Below, one piece after another: positions 38,365 to 46,711 of a stretch of DNA of 64,000 nt. The notes under the pieces are model-generated. The model saw nothing but the letters and a program-made list of their open reading frames with translations. It searched no databases and was not told the DNA's origin. Both the position numbers and the translations under genes were made by a program. The stretch covers positions 223-64,222 of IMG/VR virus record IMGVR_UViG_3300021356_000018; one strand, given 5' to 3'. Source of the DNA: a virus (lineage: Duplodnaviria; Caudoviricetes). Every line of letters starts with the position of its first letter. Within the stretch, counting starts at the first letter, position 1.

Positions 38365-38388
38365 AATAAACTCCTCATTATAAAGGAT

Positions 38389-38396
38389 TATTTATA
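38389..38396 (-). promoter_or_regulatory. T4-type late promoter
   Basis: TATAAATA upstream of the RuvC-like gene. Confidence 0.65.
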
Positions 38397-38924
38397 TTAG
38401 TCGGCACGGTAAAATATGTGACTTCCTATTGTGCCTACAGCTTGTAAAGTTGGTGCCCAATATGGCTCAATCCAATCTGCATGATAGTGAGTAGAGCCTT
38501 CAGTTAATCCACGATATTTTCCTTCTTTAATTATTTGTGATGATATTAAAACAGCTTCATTCCAAGAGTCAGTATCATAAGGGTCATCGCTTTTTCCATC
38601 GCAATACCAACTGAACTGACAACGATTACGCACAGGTACGAGTTTACTAGGGTCTTTCCAAGATGGTTTATGGTCTCCCTGGTATATTACATCACATACT
38701 GTATGTGGGTATCTATCGTCTCGTACTCTATTCAGAACCACATCAGCTACTGCAAATTTACCTGCAAGATTATCACTTCTTGCTTCATGGTAAATATTAA
38801 GTGCCATACAGTGTTCTGCTTGTGTTAAAACATAATCAAATTTAATTTCTTTAGATTCAGCAACTATTGGTCCTATTGTTAAAAACAAAGGAGCAATCAG
38901 AGCGATCGCTATTTTTCTGTTCAT
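38397..38924 (-). CDS. Cell wall hydrolase (SleB/Hydrolase_2)
   Basis: CMALNIYHEAR, VVLNRV, CQFSWYCDG, THYHA, IGSHIFY; N-terminal signal anchor. Confidence 0.92.
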   Translation of the reverse strand: MNRKIAIALIAPLFLTIGPIVAESKEIKFDYVLTQAEHCMALNIYHEARSDNLAGKFAVADVVLNRVRDDRYPHTVCDVIYQGDHKPSWKDPSKLVPVRNRCQFSWYCDGKSDDPYDTDSWNEAVLISSQIIKEGKYRGLTEGSTHYHADWIEPYWAPTLQAVGTIGSHIFYRAD

Positions 38925-39196
38925 GTTCTACTTTGGTATGCAGCAAGAAGAGCTTCACCTTCTAGTTTTTCACCAAAAGTATGAATGAGTTTTCCATTTT
39001 GGAATCTTTCGATATGTCCATCTGGATAAGAATAATCAACTACCATTCCGTTGTCAGTATGTTTTTGTGTTTCTTCTGTTTCATACCACATTGACTTTAG
39101 TCTATGCATATGCATTCCTGTAGATTGCTTATTCCATTCATCTGCTTCAATTAACATAGAGTATTTCTCCACCATCGCTTTATATTCAGTCATCAT
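38921..39196 (-). CDS. Hypothetical protein
   Basis: Overlap-coupled ORF. Confidence 0.6.
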   Translation of the reverse strand: MMTEYKAMVEKYSMLIEADEWNKQSTGMHMHRLKSMWYETEETQKHTDNGMVVDYSYPDGHIERFQNGKLIHTFGEKLEGEALLAAYQSRT

Positions 39197-39458
39197 TTTT
39201 CTTCCCTTCAATCTCACCTTTTAAGTCGTCGAGTGCTTTCTCGAGATCTTTCAAGTGAGGGTATCTTGTATAGGCAGGATGAGCAAATTCAGAACTTGAT
39301 TCTTCATCTTCATCGACATCAGCCTCTCCGTACCAATTCGCCCTTTCAGGTTTTGGTTGTTCTTTCTTTTTACCAAAGATACGATCCCATTCAGAATCAA
39401 ACTTTTTCTTATCTTCAGGTCTTCTTTTTGAGCCCTTGCCACCGTGCCATTTACTCAT
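39186..39458 (-). CDS. Hypothetical protein
   Basis: GGKGSKRRP...WDRIFGK motif seen in small phage proteins. Confidence 0.65.
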   Translation of the reverse strand: MSKWHGGKGSKRRPEDKKKFDSEWDRIFGKKKEQPKPERANWYGEADVDEDEESSSEFAHPAYTRYPHLKDLEKALDDLKGEIEGKKNDD

Positions 39459-39739
39459 AATCTACCTAATTTACTCATCGCTTGATGAACTCTATCTAAA
39501 TCTGGGTCATTTAAATGCCCATAAATTCCAACATCGCCCGACCAAGTGTATTCACTCATAAAGTCGAGCGGTGGTTCCACAAAATCTTGTGTATCTCTAT
39601 CCATAAAGGCAACTTCCCATAGGCCTTTTCTCCACCCATAAGAACCAGTAAATCTTACAGCTGATACGATGTAATCATCATAATCAAATTGTATTCGCAC
39701 ACCGTCGTGCCACTTTTGTTTTTCAGGCCATTTAGGCAT
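39455..39739 (-). CDS. Hypothetical protein
   Basis: GSYG...GLWEVA; start moved to ATG 39739 (GGGAG SD, TAATG coupling). Confidence 0.65.
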   Translation of the reverse strand: MPKWPEKQKWHDGVRIQFDYDDYIVSAVRFTGSYGWRKGLWEVAFMDRDTQDFVEPPLDFMSEYTWSGDVGIYGHLNDPDLDRVHQAMSKLGRL

Positions 39740-39873
39740 TAGCTCATTCTCCCTATAATAAATCCTAGCCAAAATACGAAGATGTCAATAAAGAAATGCA
39801 TGATAAAACTTAGTGCAAAAATTTCTTTCCAATGAACTTTGCAAATATTAAACCATTCAGCAATACTTTTCAT
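39739..39873 (-). CDS. 44-aa membrane protein (not in the ORF track)
   Basis: TAATG coupling at both ends; MKSIAEWFNICKVHWKEIFALSFIMHFF... Confidence 0.6.
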   Translation of the reverse strand: MKSIAEWFNICKVHWKEIFALSFIMHFFIDIFVFWLGFIIGRMS

Positions 39874-40994
39874 TAATCTTCTCTTTGGCCAAATCCATAA
39901 TCAATTACAACTGGGAATCTTGGTATTCCATCAGGCGTCTCGTTAAAGTATCTTAGTGTTGCCCAATTTGGTGTATCACCATTGTCCCATAATTTTTTAA
40001 GTACATCTTGTGTACCTCTTACTCCTGCTCCAAAGTTTGTACCATCTGGTTTTTGTAATACAAAATGTTTTACATAACCAGCCCAGTTACCTTTACCTTC
40101 TAACATTGAAACAACTTTAAATTCGTCAGTAATAAACTCTTTACGCTTTAGTAAGTATTTACTTCTTTTGTTTTCGTAAGGCATATCGTATCGCACCATT
40201 TGCCCTTCGTAACCATCTTCCATCCATTGACCATAAAGATTGTCTAAACTTTCTTGTGATTGTACTGATATAGTTTCTACAACTTTAATTGCATTCATGT
40301 CAGAAAGTGTCATACCCAGCCTAAAAAACCTGCTTGAGAAGACTAAATCGCTCTCAGAAGTGTCATACATATCATAAACATGGTATTGCACAAGCCTTTC
40401 TGATTCTAAAATGTCATACTCTGTAGATTTTTGTTTACGAACAAGCGATGTGATTTTATTAAAGTCATCTTTAAGTTCGTGGTTATATAACTCACCATCG
40501 AATACATACTCTGGATGCTCATCAAATATTCCTTTAATCTCATTCCAAATATGTGGGCAACTTGTAATTGGCTTATTTGCTCTCGTCCAAAGTCCACTCT
40601 TGTTTGCAATGCATCGTATACCATCGAGCTTTGGTTGAGCGATAATTGGAAAATCATCATTCTCTTTATAACCACCAGCTAACATTGGTTTAAATGCTGT
40701 ATAAGAGTCGATGTCTTTGATATCTTTGAAGTACTCTTTTTCAATTCTACGATCGTAGATGCTCATTGCTTCAGTTATTGCTTGAGTATAAGCATTGGTT
40801 GCATTTGCACGACCAACATTTTTTGCTTTAGTTTCTTTCCAGCCTGATGTTACAAGCTTTCCATCTTTAATTCCAGCAATACTTCTAATTGCAGCAACAT
40901 CATCTGAATCCCAACCATATTGAATAGTCAGTTCTCTGATTTTACCTTTTGTATCTCTTTTATAGAGAGTTGGTAATGATGATATATTTTGCAT
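39873..40994 (-). CDS. gp30: ATP-dependent DNA ligase
   Basis: KPMLA, QPKLDGIR, FDGELY, EGQMVR, LLKRK, GIPRFP. Confidence 0.93.
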   Translation of the reverse strand: MQNISSLPTLYKRDTKGKIRELTIQYGWDSDDVAAIRSIAGIKDGKLVTSGWKETKAKNVGRANATNAYTQAITEAMSIYDRRIEKEYFKDIKDIDSYTAFKPMLAGGYKENDDFPIIAQPKLDGIRCIANKSGLWTRANKPITSCPHIWNEIKGIFDEHPEYVFDGELYNHELKDDFNKITSLVRKQKSTEYDILESERLVQYHVYDMYDTSESDLVFSSRFFRLGMTLSDMNAIKVVETISVQSQESLDNLYGQWMEDGYEGQMVRYDMPYENKRSKYLLKRKEFITDEFKVVSMLEGKGNWAGYVKHFVLQKPDGTNFGAGVRGTQDVLKKLWDNGDTPNWATLRYFNETPDGIPRFPVVIDYGFGQRED

Positions 40995-41425
40995 TAGTTT
41001 CTCCTCATTTTAGCAATCTCTTCTGCTTGTTTAGTACCTTTCATAACTGGAACTGCGTTTGATTTGTGCATAGTAGCAATACCAACAATCAGGTCACCAG
41101 TATACTTAAGTGTTTCTTTCTTAGTACCACTGCCACCGCCTGTAACTTCTAGCGAAGGATAGTTTGGTGTTTCTCTACGATAAGCAGATTGTGGTTGATA
41201 AGTTTTGAAATTTTTATAGTGACGAGGGTCTGGCATTTTTGTACGACCATAAGAGTAATCGATGTACTCTTGTAGAGTATCATATCGTAAGTCGTGCATA
41301 CCTTTACGTTTCATGTCACGATTGTGCTCTCGCCATTGCAGCTCGAGTTCTTGCAATTTTGCTTTCGTGATTTTGACCTTTCGCTTTTTAGTGCTTATGG
41401 TCGATAATCCTCTAGCTAATCCCAT
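40994..41425 (-). CDS. Conserved hypothetical phage protein
   Basis: YTGDLIVGIATMHKSNAVPV motif. Confidence 0.75.
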   Translation of the reverse strand: MGLARGLSTISTKKRKVKITKAKLQELELQWREHNRDMKRKGMHDLRYDTLQEYIDYSYGRTKMPDPRHYKNFKTYQPQSAYRRETPNYPSLEVTGGGSGTKKETLKYTGDLIVGIATMHKSNAVPVMKGTKQAEEIAKMRRN

Positions 41426-41452
41426 ATAATAAACCTCATAATATAAAAAACT

Positions 41453-41481
41453 ATTATAACACGTTAGAATGTATTTGTCAA
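41453..41481 (-). promoter_or_regulatory. Sigma70-type early promoter
   Basis: TTGACA-N17-TATAAT, extended -10. Confidence 0.9.
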
Positions 41482-41493
41482 CCCTTAAAAGGG

Positions 41494-41650
41494 TGGTCTT
41501 GCGGTCGGCTGTTTTGGTGTTCCGTTCCTACTCAGTATGTCGGTAGTTCTGGTGTTCCATATTGAGCGCGGTAGGCGTCGTGGGTCCTAAATGGTAGAGC
41601 TATTAACTCCGTGATTCCATCTCGCCGTCATGCTTTAATCCCGCAGACCA
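41494..41650 (-). ncRNA. Candidate structured non-coding RNA (about 157 nt)
   Basis: GC-rich intergenic island without an ORF; terminal stem UGGUC-UGCGG/CCGCA-A-GACCA; two internal stem-loops; 7 GGA motifs. Confidence 0.6.
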
Positions 41651-41660
41651 TAAACTTGTA

Positions 41661-41942
41661 TTACCTTCTTCCTCGGTAGTTACTCAATTGTTCAGATGCT
41701 ACTTTTTTAAGCCATCTCTTTCTGCCTTCAGCTTTTTTACGTTTACGTTTTGCTGTCGGCTTTTCATAAAATTCTCTAGCTCTTAATTCTTTTATAATTC
41801 CAGCTTTTTCAATCTGTTTTCTAAATTTCCTTAAAGCTATATCGAAAGGCATATCTTGTGGTGGCCTTCTATCTTTTGGATGTCTTGGCCTTGCTCTTAA
41901 ATCAACGGTTCTCCCATTGATTTGCTTATTATATTTTCTCAT
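41661..41942 (-). CDS. rpsU: Ribosomal protein bS21 with N-terminal extension
   Basis: [39 protein letters not shown]; start moved to ATG 41942. Confidence 0.92.
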   Translation of the reverse strand: MRKYNKQINGRTVDLRARPRHPKDRRPPQDMPFDIALRKFRKQIEKAGIIKELRAREFYEKPTAKRKRKKAEGRKRWLKKVASEQLSNYRGRR

Positions 41943-41949
41943 AAGTGTT

Positions 41950-41978
41950 ATTATAATTGGTTTTGTTTGATTTGTCAA
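41950..41978 (-). promoter_or_regulatory. Sigma70-type early promoter for rpsU (leaderless geometry)
   Basis: TTGACA-N17-TATAAT-AACACTT-ATG. Confidence 0.88.
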
Positions 41979-42004
41979 CCCTTTTTTGCATTTATTTTTA
42001 AATT

Positions 42005-42031
42005 AAAAAAAGGGAAGCACTAAGCTTCCCT
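42005..42031 (-). terminator. Rho-independent terminator after peroxiredoxin
   Basis: AGGGAAGC-TTAGT-GCTTCCCT followed by a T-run on the minus strand. Confidence 0.85.
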
Positions 42032-42076
42032 CCAAAAACGGCCAGGCGAGATGTCACCCACGTGGATTGTTTTTGA

Positions 42077-42592
42077 TTAGGCTCCCCTAAGAAACTCTAA
42101 TACTGTTTCAGGTGATGTTTCTCCGTAAGGGTCAGTTTCACAATCATCAGATTTGCCAGGTTCAACAAACATCTTTTCGACAACACCATCATTTACAATC
42201 ATAGCGTATCTCCAAGACCTTGCGCCAAAGCCTAGGTTATCTTTACGAACAAGCATATCCATTCCAGCGGTAAATTCACATGAACCATCTGGGATAAATC
42301 TCACATTTTGTACGCGTTGGTCTTGCAACCAAGCATTCATAACAAAAGCGTCATTACATGATACACAGTAAACATCATCAATCCCTTCTGCTTGAAAATC
42401 CTCAAACCTAGCTTCATAGCCGGGTACTTGGAAGTTTGAACAGGTTGGAGTAAATGCACCTGGTAATGAGAATACAATTACTCTTTTACCACCGAAGTAA
42501 TCATCGGTAGTGAGTTCTTGCCATTCAAAATCACCAGTATCTACGTTTCGAGAGCGTGTTTTAAAAGTTACATTAGGTACTCTTTTTTCCAT
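42077..42592 (-). CDS. Peroxiredoxin (Prx5 type)
   Basis: [29 protein letters not shown]. Confidence 0.95.
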   Translation of the reverse strand: MEKRVPNVTFKTRSRNVDTGDFEWQELTTDDYFGGKRVIVFSLPGAFTPTCSNFQVPGYEARFEDFQAEGIDDVYCVSCNDAFVMNAWLQDQRVQNVRFIPDGSCEFTAGMDMLVRKDNLGFGARSWRYAMIVNDGVVEKMFVEPGKSDDCETDPYGETSPETVLEFLRGA

Positions 42593-42647
42593 AATATATT
42601 TTCCTATAGGTTAGTGAGAGGGCATTGCGCCCTCTCGTCAATTAAAG

Positions 42648-43097
42648 TTATTCTACTAAGAATTCCTTTTTATTATTGATTTTAATTTTCTGTGGTTTTT
42701 TATGGTCTGGAATAATTCGTTCCAATCCAATAGTTAATAAACCATTTTTGAAGCTAGCTCCGACGACTTCAATGTCATCTGCAAGAGTAAAGCTTCGTGT
42801 AAATTTCCTTTTGGAAATTCCTTTGTGTACAAAGACTTCAGTTGTTTCTTCTTTTGTATCATACGTTGATTTGATTGTCAACTGATTTTCTTTGACTTCG
42901 ATATCTACATCAGATTCATCAAGTCCCGCAAGAGCTAATTCAATAGAGAATTTGTCCTCGGCTTTATTTACTCTGATGTTATAAGGTGGAAAACCTCCGC
43001 CTTGAGTTGGGTGGTTTTCAATTTCGACCAATCTATCGAAGATTCTATCGAACCCCACAGTGAATGGGGAAAGGTTGTGTATATTTAATCCAGTCAT
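42648..43097 (-). CDS. hsp20: Small heat-shock protein Hsp20 (IbpA-like)
   Basis: VGFDR, FPPYNI, HKGISKRKFTRSFTL, NGLLTI. Confidence 0.95.
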   Translation of the reverse strand: MTGLNIHNLSPFTVGFDRIFDRLVEIENHPTQGGGFPPYNIRVNKAEDKFSIELALAGLDESDVDIEVKENQLTIKSTYDTKEETTEVFVHKGISKRKFTRSFTLADDIEVVGASFKNGLLTIGLERIIPDHKKPQKIKINNKKEFLVE

Positions 43098-43101
43098 TTT
43101 T

Positions 43102-43120
43102 ATCTCCTTTTAAGCAAGAT
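43102..43120 (-). promoter_or_regulatory. ROSE-like RNA thermometer hairpin over the hsp20 SD
   Basis: AUCUUGCU-UAAA-AGGAGAU: UUGCU motif paired with the SD, bulged G. Confidence 0.65.
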
Positions 43121-43186
43121 TATTATTATACTATGGTGGCTATTAGCACACCGCCTATGTGAACCGATAATTCGTATTCACAAAAT

Positions 43187-43194
43187 TATTTATA
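43187..43194 (-). promoter_or_regulatory. T4-type late promoter for hsp20
   Basis: TATAAATA about 90 nt upstream of the hsp20 ATG. Confidence 0.65.
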
Positions 43195-43339
43195 CAGCTT
43201 CAGCGCTTTTACTAATAAAATTTTTAATAAAATTTCGTACTTCACGCGATGCAGATGTGTCATCATCTTTACATAGCTGTATGAATTGTTTCTTTTGTTC
43301 TTTGTTAATCTTAATTATTAACGTATCATCTTTTTTCAT
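43190..43339 (-). CDS. Ribbon-helix-helix (CopG-like) DNA-binding protein, 49 aa
   Basis: TLIIKINKEQKKQFIQLCKDDDTSASREVRNFI; start moved to ATG 43339 (AAGGTG SD). Confidence 0.7.
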   Translation of the reverse strand: MKKDDTLIIKINKEQKKQFIQLCKDDDTSASREVRNFIKNFISKSAEAV

Positions 43340-43342
43340 TTT

Positions 43343-43370
43343 TGTCACCTTTTTGTCACACACATGTAAC
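43343..43370 (+). promoter_or_regulatory. Triple direct repeat with 11-bp period (Pho-box/OmpR-family-like or RHH operator)
   Basis: TGTCAC 43343, TGTCAC 43354, TGTAAC 43365. Confidence 0.5.
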
Positions 43371-43376
43371 ATTTGA

Positions 43377-43384
43377 TATAAATA
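43377..43384 (+). promoter_or_regulatory. T4-type late promoter
   Basis: TATAAATA upstream of the 43419 ORF. Confidence 0.6.
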
Positions 43385-43418
43385 AAGTATATACAAAATA
43401 TTTATAAGGAGAAATACA

Positions 43419-43784
43419 ATGCTATACGATATATTCAAAAAATTCGACAAACTAATGAAGTCTGGCGATTTCTTAAAAGTAGCCAATAAATTCTTAGCTA
43501 CACTTCTTATTGTTCCTTCATTAGCTTTTGCAGATGAAGTTAATATTCGTCACATAGACCATACAACTATAATGACTAAAGATGCAATGGTCATATTAGA
43601 CAAAACAGCTGGTAAATTTTGGAATGCAAATTTAGATTGCAAACTTCCAATTACCACCGACTCTAAAGTCAATTTTAAAACTGACTCAAGAACAATTAAG
43701 GAAGGTTCAGAACTAACATTTATTATTGGTTCTAAACAAAAAGATAAGCACCAATGTAGAGTTACAACTCTAGCTGCTCTTTAA
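43419..43784 (+). CDS. Putative secreted protein
   Basis: AAGGAGA SD; LATLLIVPSLAFA signal-like segment; Cys pair. Confidence 0.7.
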   Translation: MLYDIFKKFDKLMKSGDFLKVANKFLATLLIVPSLAFADEVNIRHIDHTTIMTKDAMVILDKTAGKFWNANLDCKLPITTDSKVNFKTDSRTIKEGSELTFIIGSKQKDKHQCRVTTLAAL

Positions 43785-44287
43785 TCTCCAGTACTTCCTA
43801 TTCCACCATCTCGGTCAGTTTTCTGGCCGGGACGTTCACTAATAAATTCTGGTATATGCTGATGAATAGGTTCAATCATACATTGAGCCAATCTTTCACC
43901 GTGTACTATTCGCGATAAACTATCTGAAATATTAAGTAGAAGAATATGAGTTTCTTCGACATAATCACAATCTATAATACCTACTCCGTTACTGAGCGCT
44001 AAACCTTTTTTGGCAGCTGCACTTGAACGAATAAACATTTTCATTACATGGTGGTCAGGTATATCAAATATTAAACCTGTTGGAACAAGGGCTCTTTGGC
44101 CAGGGTGTAATAAAAATGCAGGTTCACCTTCTATATCTTTAGCTGTAATATCAACTTTTCTATTTACTGTATTATACGCTTGTATCTTTTCACCAGTTTT
44201 AAATGCTGCAGAAATATCAAAGCAAGCACTGCCTCGAGTAGCGTATGTTGGAAGGATTGCACATTCTTTTGTTTTAAACACATTCAT
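43781..44287 (-). CDS. dut: Trimeric dUTPase
   Basis: GSACFDI, VPTGL, RSS, GIIDCDY, RLAQ, RDGGIGSTG. Confidence 0.95.
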   Translation of the reverse strand: MNVFKTKECAILPTYATRGSACFDISAAFKTGEKIQAYNTVNRKVDITAKDIEGEPAFLLHPGQRALVPTGLIFDIPDHHVMKMFIRSSAAAKKGLALSNGVGIIDCDYVEETHILLLNISDSLSRIVHGERLAQCMIEPIHQHIPEFISERPGQKTDRDGGIGSTGD

Positions 44288-44301
44288 AATTTATATACCA
44301 T

Positions 44302-44330
44302 ATTATATCACAAATTTATAATAATGTCAA
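44302..44330 (-). promoter_or_regulatory. Sigma70-type early promoter
   Basis: TTGACA-N17-TATAAT, extended -10. Confidence 0.85.
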
Positions 44331-44740
44331 CTAGTTTTTGCGTTTCCAATATTATATTTCACTGTCAGTTCCCAATCATCTTTTTCTTTATAAGAAATAA
44401 TCTTAATCTGATTTAATGATGCGATAGGGTCTTTTGTTTTTTCAACATCTACAATCTTTACTAATTCCCATTCTTCTAATAGGTTAACAATTGTGTTCCT
44501 ACGAGCGTGGTCTTCTTCTGTAAATGTATTGTGTTTGCCGTCAAGGATAAACAATTCTTTAAAATGTAGAATTGAGTATCTACCCTTCTTGTGCAAAATG
44601 TGGCAGGACTGAAATAGCTTCTTGTCTTTACGACTTGAAATACCAATCCTCGTGAGTGTTTCTTTGATTTTTAAGAAACTGTCGGGTGTCGGTAACGTAA
44701 CTTCTACACCTACACCTCTAAAAATATCTTCTTGTTCCAT
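44327..44740 (-). CDS. regA: Translational repressor RegA
   Basis: FLKIKETLTRIGI, LFQSCHILHKKGRYSILHFKELF. Confidence 0.97.
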   Translation of the reverse strand: MEQEDIFRGVGVEVTLPTPDSFLKIKETLTRIGISSRKDKKLFQSCHILHKKGRYSILHFKELFILDGKHNTFTEEDHARRNTIVNLLEEWELVKIVDVEKTKDPIASLNQIKIISYKEKDDWELTVKYNIGNAKTS

Positions 44741-44816
44741 GATACATATTCACCTTTTAATTATTTTGTGACTGATGGTATATAACCACTATAGAGTTAT
44801 TTATCTTTTTCAAAAC

Positions 44817-45215
44817 TTAACCACCTGTCACGAGTTTGTCGTGAACACTTTGAAGTTGTTCTTCATTAAGAACTTTCAGATATTGTTTTGCCACTGTCCT
44901 ATTGCACTGATAAACTTCTTGTATTGCATCAAGATTAATGTCTTTATCAGCCTTAGGCCATTTTGAGAATCTCTTACGCTTTCGTAGTACAGCACGGTAA
45001 TAATCAAACTGTGCTGCTGGGAACAATTCATGCCTCTGGTTCATTTCATTAGCATGAAGTATCGTATCTTCGAAGTTCGTAAACCCACGGTTAACAATAT
45101 AAGCATTGTATTGTTTTTCCGTTACGTCTGGTATGTCGCTATCTCTTATGATATCCGCTTTACTAAAAGACGCGGCATTCATAAAATCAAACGGACTTAA
45201 ATCACCCTTTGCCAT
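44817..45215 (-). CDS. gp62: Clamp loader small subunit
   Basis: YNAYIVNR, ANEMN, RKRKRFSKW; between gp44 and regA. Confidence 0.92.
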   Translation of the reverse strand: MAKGDLSPFDFMNAASFSKADIIRDSDIPDVTEKQYNAYIVNRGFTNFEDTILHANEMNQRHELFPAAQFDYYRAVLRKRKRFSKWPKADKDINLDAIQEVYQCNRTVAKQYLKVLNEEQLQSVHDKLVTGG

Positions 45216-45390
45216 TTTGTATCTCCTCTATGTTTATAAGAATTTCGTTCATGTCTTTTGCACAAGTTGCACACATTTTGAGTTCCGCTTCACCATCCGA
45301 TGCTTGGTACTTTAGAGTGTATTCTTCACCTCCTTCTACACTCACGTCGCAATTAAAGCATTGGTATGATTTTTGGAAATCAATTTTCAT
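45202..45390 (-). CDS. Small Zn-finger-like protein
   Basis: CFNC and CATC pairs; coupled to gp44. Confidence 0.6.
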   Translation of the reverse strand: MKIDFQKSYQCFNCDVSVEGGEEYTLKYQASDGEAELKMCATCAKDMNEILINIEEIQNGKG

Positions 45391-46337
45391 TAGACATACT
45401 CGGATTCAATCATAACTTCAGTTAAAAAGGCAACCATGTTAACCTCTTGGTCAGCTACGAAATTACTCTTATACATATAGTCAGCGAGAGTCACAACAAA
45501 ACCAGGTTGGGTTTTAAATTCTACTCGTTCTTGCATCATATCATAGATACGTCTGAACATCTCATTCATATCTTGGTCTGAGTTCTTTGCTACCCATTTA
45601 CGCATATTCGTAAAGTCTTTTGATTTGAGTAAGTTATATAACTCATCAATACTTTCTTGTTTTAGATTTACAAATATACCTTCGTCAATTTTACCTGAAG
45701 CTGCATAAGATTGTAGTTCAGTCAATACTCTACGAAAGTCTGGGAAGTGTTTTTCAATCACTTTTGCTACAACTGCTTTATCGTAACTAACATTCTCATT
45801 CTCGAGAATACTAATAACTCTTTTAAAGAATTGCATAGCAAGAAGTGGGCGCTCTGTCGTTTCAATAGTAAAATCTACTTCAGATAACCTTGAACGAAGC
45901 GGAGCAATAATTCTGTTTTTGAAATTACAAGTAAATATAAATCCACAATTCGCTGAATATTCTTCAATGAAATTACGAAGAGCAGGTTGTACATTTGCTG
46001 CACTAAGATAATCTGCTTCGTCAAAGATTACATATTTTCTGCCTCCACCAAGGGAAACAGCACTTGCATAAGTTGAGATATCATATCGAAGAGTGTCGAT
46101 ATTCACATTAAGAGAACCATTTTTAACGATATAGTCACAGCCCATCTCATCGAGCATAGCTTTAGCGATCGTAGTTTTACCTACTCCTGGTCCGCCGGTT
46201 AGTAATAAATTGGGTACACTTTCGTCATTTACGAACTTACGAAAAGTGTTTTTCATTTTTTCTGGTAAGATTGTATCGTCAATAGATTGCGGACGATATT
46301 TCTCTACCCAGAGTACTTCATTTTGTTTGTGTTGCAT
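45390..46337 (-). CDS. gp44: Clamp loader large subunit
   Basis: LWVEKYRP, GPGVGKTT, DEADYL, HFPDFRR. Confidence 0.97.
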   Translation of the reverse strand: MQHKQNEVLWVEKYRPQSIDDTILPEKMKNTFRKFVNDESVPNLLLTGGPGVGKTTIAKAMLDEMGCDYIVKNGSLNVNIDTLRYDISTYASAVSLGGGRKYVIFDEADYLSAANVQPALRNFIEEYSANCGFIFTCNFKNRIIAPLRSRLSEVDFTIETTERPLLAMQFFKRVISILENENVSYDKAVVAKVIEKHFPDFRRVLTELQSYAASGKIDEGIFVNLKQESIDELYNLLKSKDFTNMRKWVAKNSDQDMNEMFRRIYDMMQERVEFKTQPGFVVTLADYMYKSNFVADQEVNMVAFLTEVMIESEYV

Positions 46338-46424
46338 AGTTCACCAATAATCATAATATAAAATAAATTGAGGGCGGGGATAAGCATAAGCTGTATCCCC
46401 TGTTCTCGAGAAAGAGAGTAGTTG

Positions 46425-46703
46425 TTAGTCAACTACTTTGTCAGCTAATTCGCCGACAGGTGGAGCTACATCCACTTCACCGTCCGCTCCTGCTGGAGCT
46501 TCTTGTTGTGGCATGTTTTGTCTTAGGTAAGCTTCGAGCTTATTCCTTAACATTCCTACACCTGCTAGTTCATTACCTTGAAACCCGCCTCTTGTTGATA
46601 CTACATCAATAAGTTGCAGGATTGTTGAGAGGTCGTTCATATTGATTACGACTTCTTCTTGCTGCTGTTGGCCACCGAAGTTGCCTTGTACTGCGTCATT
46701 CAT
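46425..46703 (-). CDS. Hypothetical protein
   Basis: IDVVSTRGGFQGNEL; AGGTG SD. Confidence 0.7.
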   Translation of the reverse strand: MNDAVQGNFGGQQQQEEVVINMNDLSTILQLIDVVSTRGGFQGNELAGVGMLRNKLEAYLRQNMPQQEAPAGADGEVDVAPPVGELADKVVD

Positions 46704-46711
46704 AGTTTCAC

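Noticed and set aside
41494-41650. 6S RNA, tmRNA or tRNA identity for the structured element
   Set aside because: Hand fold is a multibranch rather than a long rod with central bubble; no T-loop or tag reading frame seen; an Infernal search is needed to exclude these formally
41943-41978. ORF-track N-terminal extensions starting at TTG (41978; likewise 29548)
   Set aside because: The TTG is the -35 hexamer TTGACA of a promoter; the real starts are the ATGs downstream of the -10 box
43158-43182. TGTGA...TCACA as a CRP site linked to the phage cyclase
   Set aside because: Spacer is 15 nt rather than 6; better explained as an RNA hairpin in the hsp20 leader
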